Source: a virus. Taken from it: DNA of 64,000 nucleotides. Each line of letters begins with the position of its first letter. Position 1 is the first letter of the stretch. Location: the IMG/VR virus record IMGVR_UViG_3300044811_000050; one strand, given 5' to 3'. The translations under genes and the position numbers were made by a program. A model generated the notes under the pieces. It was given only the letters and a program-made list of their open reading frames with translations, did no database searches and was not told the origin of the DNA. Positions 57,201 through 64,000 of the stretch are shown one piece after another.

Positions 57201-58229
57201 CTGGCCGGCTCGACCATGGCCACCAGCACCCGAACTCGGGCGGCGACCTACTTCGCCTATCGGGACCTGGCGGCGGTCACCGGCACCACGAGCTACGCCA
57301 CGGCCGCCCAGAACGTCCGTACGGCCCTGCTGGCCGATTGCTGGGTGGCAAGCCCCGGCCGGTGGAAAGAGGCTAGCGACGCGGACGCGGAGAGCCTGCA
57401 CGCCACCGTGATGGGCGGGCTGTTCGCGTTGGCCATCGGTGACCAGGCCAAAGCGCGCGCCAGCATCCGGCACCTGAAGCGGTTCCGAGTGAAGAACGCC
57501 GGGGTCAGCGCGCCGCACTACGCCGGTCCGACCGGGCTGCTCGGTTACAAGACCTACGCCGACGCCGGCAGCGCGCCGCACACCAGCCCGCCGGCCGTCA
57601 TCGACCAGGAAGGCACCTGGCTGGGTGTGCTGTTCAAGATGCGCTACGGCGAGCCGATCGGTGACGACGTGGTCTCGTTGTACCGCTGGGGACAGAACTC
57701 CATCTCCGCCGACCCCACCCATGACCTCTACTCCCCGCAGTTCCTGCGGTATTCCGGCAACGCCACCACCGCGCCCTACAACCTGCGGGCCCGGCCGCAC
57801 CTGGCGGTGGGCTCCTGGGGCCACATCCTGGCCAACGGCGGCCGAGCCCTGCTCGTCCCGGACCCCCTGCCGGCGCCGGTGCCGACTGAGATGGGGCTCA
57901 GCGTGGCATTCGACTCCGCCTCTGGCCGTTACCAATTCCGGTACACCTGGAAGGCCGATCCGTCGGTACCCGCCGTGGCCTACGAGGCGGTGGCCGAACA
58001 GAGCACCGACTCGGAAGTTACCTGGTCAGCGGCTTCGTCGGGCAGCGTCCAAGGTCAGCTCGGCGGCGCCGCCGATCTGAGCGTTGGCACGAATGGGTTC
58101 AGCGCCACCTGGTCGACCCCGCCGCCGGACAATGCCGGAACGCGGTACCGGGTCCGGGTTCGGCTTCGGAACGCTGCATTCGGTTCCTGGGTGGCTACTC
58201 CGAGCACCGGTTTGCCGACAGCTTCCTGA
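54255..58229 (+). CDS. Tail fibre/spike: YadA-like repeats, lectin-like domain, helical-barrel glycosidase-like domain, Fn3-like end
   Basis: AWAILAVLRYQAVTGDGQFL...LADFL helical-hairpin pattern; YRVRVR....FGSW Fn3 motif. Confidence 0.7.
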   Translation: MALSNRAQLYHPVVDEAGDLFRYARIRVYLEDGVTPFDGQIYRDGTSTKTYGNPFVAAPALVTVYFERPTRVRLGMQVDLSKPEVIGDVIDVTLDADHAVDTLSPLYIQGDWVPQGLLCGRDSATAFWKPLRIDHEHAAVASGTTLAGSSSLPLRQAGTFDGATVLGAGSGGWGAHSSLRSSSMLGSLADGYGRGTTAIGHNALAEEADATPWRDGATALGRAASAIDGAVAVGAQTVADDGSVSLGAGTWAGLDSAVALGTGARPAGGGLAIGANAGSSANGMPGSIGLGTGAQYGLPSSTDAGDTSVLLGGYDPSRARIFPWANPGASQSESPFNEFTPTMAFTGRTVQLQRHLEWLADIVGLQVSGDVTLGGPDGLLGFYGTAPKVKASLGDDEPSSGITALDNLIYALRDLGLLRYRTEASMLYRGDDLTRHYRDGDQVAAWPEHFGGDTARAVPGRPPTYRLADAGFNRQPTVGFNNSIYLRSTQPIGELRGANLLPQEKHYIAVASHTRHSFGLNEGLLNLSYLDRTVTDDTNVLAGDGYDTGRWQARNISAYTADGLDQTRNMDARLPGPHAYAVSHPATWPHARPVIGGPRDNATSDWNRWSGNIAELVGMDATWEPRHVASMATGLQFKYDINQPDSALKDPAKNFVLTQHDPMNGTLIFWDKDYSDGYLGKVRGHVIRVPKSVIFVPFISIYIAFSYYFFRGSLVGNWGNISGSSEYEVDISIKIGDLDEDGDIDVDVEFDVETESHVGTFSLNNNLTWSMGQLNCDYGYKICRIRHRITREIVCISGEPPFRYADTDVLIYSTKSDGSLLLEATTPLWGDGSFKAWVRHPGKKIARVVERSTGNVLGTTEYQEKALPRTQLYADDDPEVSFANRDKANPYESALTTFSILEMSPLYWYRARHILATLRLVCNDDGSLNESYSAVLPVKATRPAGESPERWGAAWAILAVLRYQAVTGDGQFLAFATQLADFLAGSTMATSTRTRAATYFAYRDLAAVTGTTSYATAAQNVRTALLADCWVASPGRWKEASDADAESLHATVMGGLFALAIGDQAKARASIRHLKRFRVKNAGVSAPHYAGPTGLLGYKTYADAGSAPHTSPPAVIDQEGTWLGVLFKMRYGEPIGDDVVSLYRWGQNSISADPTHDLYSPQFLRYSGNATTAPYNLRARPHLAVGSWGHILANGGRALLVPDPLPAPVPTEMGLSVAFDSASGRYQFRYTWKADPSVPAVAYEAVAEQSTDSEVTWSAASSGSVQGQLGGAADLSVGTNGFSATWSTPPPDNAGTRYRVRVRLRNAAFGSWVATPSTGLPTAS

Positions 58230-58322
58230 CCTCGCGTAGTAAGTTTCTTGGACACGTTCTGGGGGAACGTGTCATGATGCGCGTGTCGGCCATGCCGGTC
58301 GGAGCATTCGGAAGGTGCAGCG

Positions 58323-58622
58323 ATGACTCTGGAACTCGCGGTATCTCGCGCGGTGACCCAGAGCCGACTCCTGGAGCGCGCCCTGCACTCCAGGAGATCC
58401 TGGTTCATCAACATCGGCGGGACTTACTCGGAAGCCGAGCGGCTTCAGCGCGACCACGGCGTGGATTTCACGGCGTGCTTCACCGACGTGTCTCCAGACG
58501 TGAATGTTGTGGCCCTTTATGAGGGCGGAACTCTTCTCTCGGTTAAGCCGTTCAGATACCCTGGTTCTGGCAGGTTTTGTCTGACCTGGAACCTTTCCCT
58601 GGAGGAGCGAGTTTCGGCATGA
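58323..58622 (+). CDS. Hypothetical protein
   Basis: 99 aa; ATGA-coupled to the helicase. Confidence 0.65.
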   Translation: MTLELAVSRAVTQSRLLERALHSRRSWFINIGGTYSEAERLQRDHGVDFTACFTDVSPDVNVVALYEGGTLLSVKPFRYPGSGRFCLTWNLSLEERVSA

Positions 58623-60280
58623 GCATCAATGACGCGCCGGTCTACGTGCCGGCGCGCAAGATGCCCAACGGAAAGCTCTTCTACTCCCCGCTCGGTGTGT
58701 TCCCCTTCCAGGCTGACGGCGTGGCGGAGTGCTATATCCGCACCGAGCCGGACCAGGCCGGTGGGGTACTTCCGATCTGGGACTGGGGCATCGGCAAGAC
58801 GGTGCTCTCGCTGCTGCTGGCGACCTACCTGATCGAGGACGGCCAGATCGACCAGGTCATGGTCATCTGCGAGGAGAACAAGGTCCGGGAGTGGCCGGCG
58901 GACATCGCCAAGTTCACCGGGATGTCCGCCGTGCGCTATCACGGCCCGGGTCGCCAGCAGCGCCTCGCCAAGTGCGGCGTACCGCAGGCGCTGGTCACCA
59001 CCTACGAGACCGGCCGCTCCGAGCTGATGGCCCGGGTGCGCAAGAACAACACCCGGGGCAAGGGCTCGGCCACCGACGGGCCGCTGGTCGAGCACCTCGG
59101 CTTGCGCGACAAGCGGATCCTGTGGATCTTCGACGAGCCGATCAAGCTGCGCAACCGCAGCTCCACCACCTACCAGGCCTACTGGTACATCCTCAACCAG
59201 CTGCGGCGCGGCCCGCACCACCAGCGCTGCATCGGGCTGACCGCGACCAGCTTCGAGACCGAGATCGGCCAGGCGTTCAACATCGCCCGGATGATGGCCC
59301 CGAACAGCCAGCCCCAGGTGGGCCAGTTCGAGCAGGAGTTCACCTCCGGGCGCGACGACTTCGGCCGCTACCGGTACAAAAACAAGCAGGTCTACGCGCA
59401 CGTCTACTTCCAGCCGATCATGATCCGGAAGAAGAAGACCGACGCCGATGTCATTGATCAGTTCCCCGCGCTGATCGAGGAATCCGACCCGGTAGCCATG
59501 CACAAAGATCATCGGGACTTCTACCACGCGGTGATGACCATGCTCGACCCGCCGGACGGCGCGGAGGACCCGCGCGACGATGATCAGATCGTCGCCGACG
59601 AGCAACGGATCCGCCGACTGCTGCGGATGACCGCCGGGCACCCGGCCAGCCACCTGCACGTGCCCAACGAGTTGTCCAAGCAGATCGTGGAGAGGGTCGG
59701 CGCCGACGGGCTGCGGGCCATCCACAGCTCCAAGTCGCAGCGGCTGATCGAGCGGCTCACCCCATTGATCAAAGGCCAAGGCGCCCAGGTGATCATCTAT
59801 GAGTTCTTCACCTCGGTGCTCCGCGAGGTGGCCAGGGAGCTGCGGGAGGCCGGGTTCACCGTCGCCGAGTACCACGGCGGGCTGTCCGGCCCCGAGCGCG
59901 AGCGGCAGAAGCAGGCCTGGAAGCGCGGCGAGTTCGAGATCCTGTTCATGTCCGACGCCGGGCAGCGCGGGATGAACCTGCCCGAGGCCACCTACGTGTT
60001 CGAGTACTCCAGCGCGACCACCTACGCCGGCCGGATGCAGCGGATCAACCGCAACAACCGGATCGACCACAAGCGGCCCAGCACCACCGCGATCACCATG
60101 GTGCTGGAGCACACCCTGGAAGAGGACATCTTCGCCGGCATGAGCGCGCGCAACGAGGACATGGACACCCTCTACGGTGATCGCGCGGATGGCTCCCAGT
60201 TTGTCTCGGCCGCTCAGCGCCGGCAGATCCTGGGCGCCTACCGCCGCCGTATCAGCCCAGGAGAGGACGCAGCAGCGTGA
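58619..60280 (+). CDS. SNF2-family (SF2) helicase-like ATPase
   Basis: GIGKT, DEPI, LTAT, SDAGQRGMNL and QRINRNNR motifs; ATG 58619 after GGAGGAG. Confidence 0.85.
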   Translation: MSINDAPVYVPARKMPNGKLFYSPLGVFPFQADGVAECYIRTEPDQAGGVLPIWDWGIGKTVLSLLLATYLIEDGQIDQVMVICEENKVREWPADIAKFTGMSAVRYHGPGRQQRLAKCGVPQALVTTYETGRSELMARVRKNNTRGKGSATDGPLVEHLGLRDKRILWIFDEPIKLRNRSSTTYQAYWYILNQLRRGPHHQRCIGLTATSFETEIGQAFNIARMMAPNSQPQVGQFEQEFTSGRDDFGRYRYKNKQVYAHVYFQPIMIRKKKTDADVIDQFPALIEESDPVAMHKDHRDFYHAVMTMLDPPDGAEDPRDDDQIVADEQRIRRLLRMTAGHPASHLHVPNELSKQIVERVGADGLRAIHSSKSQRLIERLTPLIKGQGAQVIIYEFFTSVLREVARELREAGFTVAEYHGGLSGPERERQKQAWKRGEFEILFMSDAGQRGMNLPEATYVFEYSSATTYAGRMQRINRNNRIDHKRPSTTAITMVLEHTLEEDIFAGMSARNEDMDTLYGDRADGSQFVSAAQRRQILGAYRRRISPGEDAAA

Positions 60281-60789
60281 CCGAGCAACACATCCACCAG
60301 CTTGACCAGACCGACGTGGCCGGGCCCCAGCAGACCACCGGGGTGGTCAACGTCCTGGCCGATTTGAACGAGCGCTACCAGCGGGCCTTCGAACGCCTCG
60401 GCGGGGGAGAGCGGGTGCGCTTCGGCCTGGGCCTGGTGCCGATGCCCACCGAGCAGATGGACGCCTCCGGACAACGGCAGCTGATCTCGATGCTGGCGCT
60501 CTACGTGGAGGTGCCCGGCGCGTTGCTGGGCACCGCGATCTCCGGCACCCAGATCACCCAGATCGCCGGCACCAAGGACGAGGAGATCGAGCTGCGGGTC
60601 CGGGAGATCCTGGACGGCCTGTTGGAGGCCCGCAGCCAGCAGCTGGAACAGCAGCGCATCGACACGGAGGCGGCCCAGGCGAACGGTCAGCCGCCCCCGA
60701 CTAGCGGCATCATCGCGCCGGGCCAGGGAGCGAACCCCTCCTGGGACGACGCAGAGCGAGCGTTGGGTGACTACAGAGCCGGTCGGTAA
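60277..60789 (+). CDS. Hypothetical protein
   Basis: GTGA-coupled; coding-like bias. Confidence 0.8.
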   Translation: MTEQHIHQLDQTDVAGPQQTTGVVNVLADLNERYQRAFERLGGGERVRFGLGLVPMPTEQMDASGQRQLISMLALYVEVPGALLGTAISGTQITQIAGTKDEEIELRVREILDGLLEARSQQLEQQRIDTEAAQANGQPPPTSGIIAPGQGANPSWDDAERALGDYRAGR

Positions 60790-60859
60790 CACGATCGGGT
60801 GATCCGTAGAGGTCATTTACCGACGCTCGGTTGCCGCCCATCCCACCAGAGGCGCCGCA

Positions 60860-61209
60860 GGGGTGTTACTGATCTTTTAGCTCGACGACCGTCAGGTGGG
60901 TAAGTCCGCTCCCCAGCGCGCCCACCGGGCGGAGTGAACCTCAGCCCGGTGGGCATTCCCCCCGCTCCCCAGCGAGCGGAGTCATTTCTGGGCAACAGTA
61001 GCGCCGGGGGCGATGACCGCAGAGGCCCGGATCCCTGGCATCCGGCCATCGCTGCGCCCGACCCCAGCGACGGCCTTGGTTTTTCGACCGAGACGCTACT
61101 GCCGCCGGGCTCGCTCCTGATCAAGGAGTGAGTAGACCAGCGTAGCGCGCCCGTCCAGCGCACCTGACGTGCTCGGTTGGCCCACGCGAGGTGGTGGTTG
61201 AAATACCCC
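60860..61209 (+). ncRNA. Candidate ~350-nt multibranched structured RNA
   Basis: Nested helices 60860-67/61202-09, 60890-98/61161-69, 60996-61003/61094-101 plus at least 6 hairpins; G-U pairs favour the + strand. Confidence 0.55.
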
Positions 61210-61244
61210 GACGAGAACCCTTGGTGACGCCCGGGTAGGGTGCT

Positions 61245-61430
61245 ACGCGCGCACGCGCCCCCGCTCATGTACCTACGCGTGTGTGCGCGTCTGTCTTTAT
61301 CTTTAATACATAAAGAAGAATTAGAGAGTGGTCTCAGAGGGTATTGTGTTTGTTTAATGTCAGACGCTGTCTCATTCAAAGCGAAGCTATGGGGGGCAAA
61401 CCTCCTCGCGCTTAGCAACGCTAATGACCG
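61245..61430. other. Putative replication-origin-like element
   Basis: Alternating purine-pyrimidine inverted repeat, then an AT-rich tract bracketed by GCGTCTG/CAGACGC. Confidence 0.4.
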
Positions 61431-61481
61431 CCGCTAACGACCTGGCCCGGGATCCCCGACGAACTGGGCTGACGAAAGAGC

Positions 61482-61510
61482 TTGGCGGTGTCAGCTTGTC
61501 AGGGTAGGGT
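61482..61510 (+). promoter_or_regulatory. SigA/HrdB-type promoter TTGGCG-N17-TAGGGT
   Basis: Canonical spacing; 41 nt upstream of the DinG start. Confidence 0.55.
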
Positions 61511-61551
61511 GAGACCTTGAAGCACCGACCCCGAACCTGAGGGAGCACCCC

Positions 61552-63513
<1,962 letters not shown>

Positions 63514-63528
63514 AGCTAGGGTGTTGTT

Positions 63529-63553
63529 TGCCCTCCGGCAACGGAGGGTATTC
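63529..63553 (+). terminator. GNRA-capped hairpin after DinG
   Basis: TGCCCTCCG-GCAA-CGGAGGGTA. Confidence 0.6.
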
Positions 63554-63654
63554 AACAGCCATTCAGCCATGTCCAACGGTTCTCGACACCAATTGGACAA
63601 TCTGGCACTCTACGATCAGTTTCTTACTGGACCCGCCTGAGGGAACCATTTCAA

Positions 63655-64000
63655 ATGATGGCGCTATTCGATGGGCTGGTTCGCTTTATGACCAGAGACA
63701 CCACGCCTCGATGGGCGCACCCGCTCATCGAGGCGGTCCGCCGTATCGAGAGAAAGGTCAACACGATCATGGCACTCGACTTGGACGTCCTCCACCGGAT
63801 TCTGGTGGGGGCGCAGTTCCTCGCTGACCGGGAGAAGGCTAATCAGCAGAAGATCGCCGATCTGACCACGCAGCTCACCGCCGCTCAGGATCAGCTCGGC
63901 CAGGCGACGGCCGCCGAGGCGGCCGAGGACGAGGCGGAGCAGGCGGCCAACACGGCCGCGACCACCGTGGCCGACACGATCGACTCGCTGGTCAAGGGCC
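63655..64000 (+). CDS. Coiled-coil protein, 3'-truncated (alternative start ATG 63769)
   Basis: Frame open to the window end; GAAAGG RBS before 63769 and GAGGGA before 63655. Confidence 0.7.
   Translation, partial: MMALFDGLVRFMTRDTTPRWAHPLIEAVRRIERKVNTIMALDLDVLHRILVGAQFLADREKANQQKIADLTTQLTAAQDQLGQATAAEAAEDEAEQAANTAATTVADTIDSLVKG

Noticed and set aside
22157-58229. Diversity-generating retroelement or invertible fibre cassette
   Set aside because: No reverse transcriptase, recombinase or adenine-specific TR/VR pair seen; repeats are divergent protein-level duplications.
60860-61209. tmRNA or RNase P RNA (begins GGGG and has a CTCGAC resembling the tmRNA 5' end)
   Set aside because: No T-arm GTTCGA or CCA acceptor end, no tag ORF, and no RNase P GAGGAAAGUCC core.
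60813-61418. 201-aa minus-strand ORF and short plus-strand ORFs in the intergenic region
   Set aside because: No codon bias, RBS or recognisable motifs; better explained as a structured non-coding region.

Overview
The whole 64 kb window is the virion-morphogenesis arm of a large, GC-rich (about 69%) contractile-tailed actinobacteriophage whose gene order resembles Bxz1/cluster C-like myoviruses. Nearly all genes are on the + strand, in this order: multidomain Zn-ribbon head proteins, portal, a membrane/holin-like cassette, prohead protease, scaffold-like protein, major capsid protein, fibres, neck, sheath, tube, tail chaperone with a -1 frameshift, tape measure, baseplate, YadA-like fibres, then SNF2 and DinG helicases. 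Family assignments come from motif recognition and synteny only; no searches were run. Main unusual observations: (1) head-region polyproteins carrying GNAT, Nudix, HhH-GPD-like and HDxxGH enzyme modules separated by a recurring x-x-A|(A/S/G) motif, a candidate protease-processed, capsid-delivered cargo system; (2) three free-standing homing endonucleases next to synonymously recoded patches in neighbouring genes, one with a duplicated and recoded 14-codon C-terminus; (3) an 8-copy bipartite motif TCCTGTC-N22/23-AAGAGGTGAAGGG (candidate late promoter), in at least two cases coupled to Shine-Dalgarno-occluding hairpins; (4) a roughly 350-nt multibranched structured RNA candidate plus an origin-like AT-rich element between the two helicases; (5) a +1 frame break in the protease gene.
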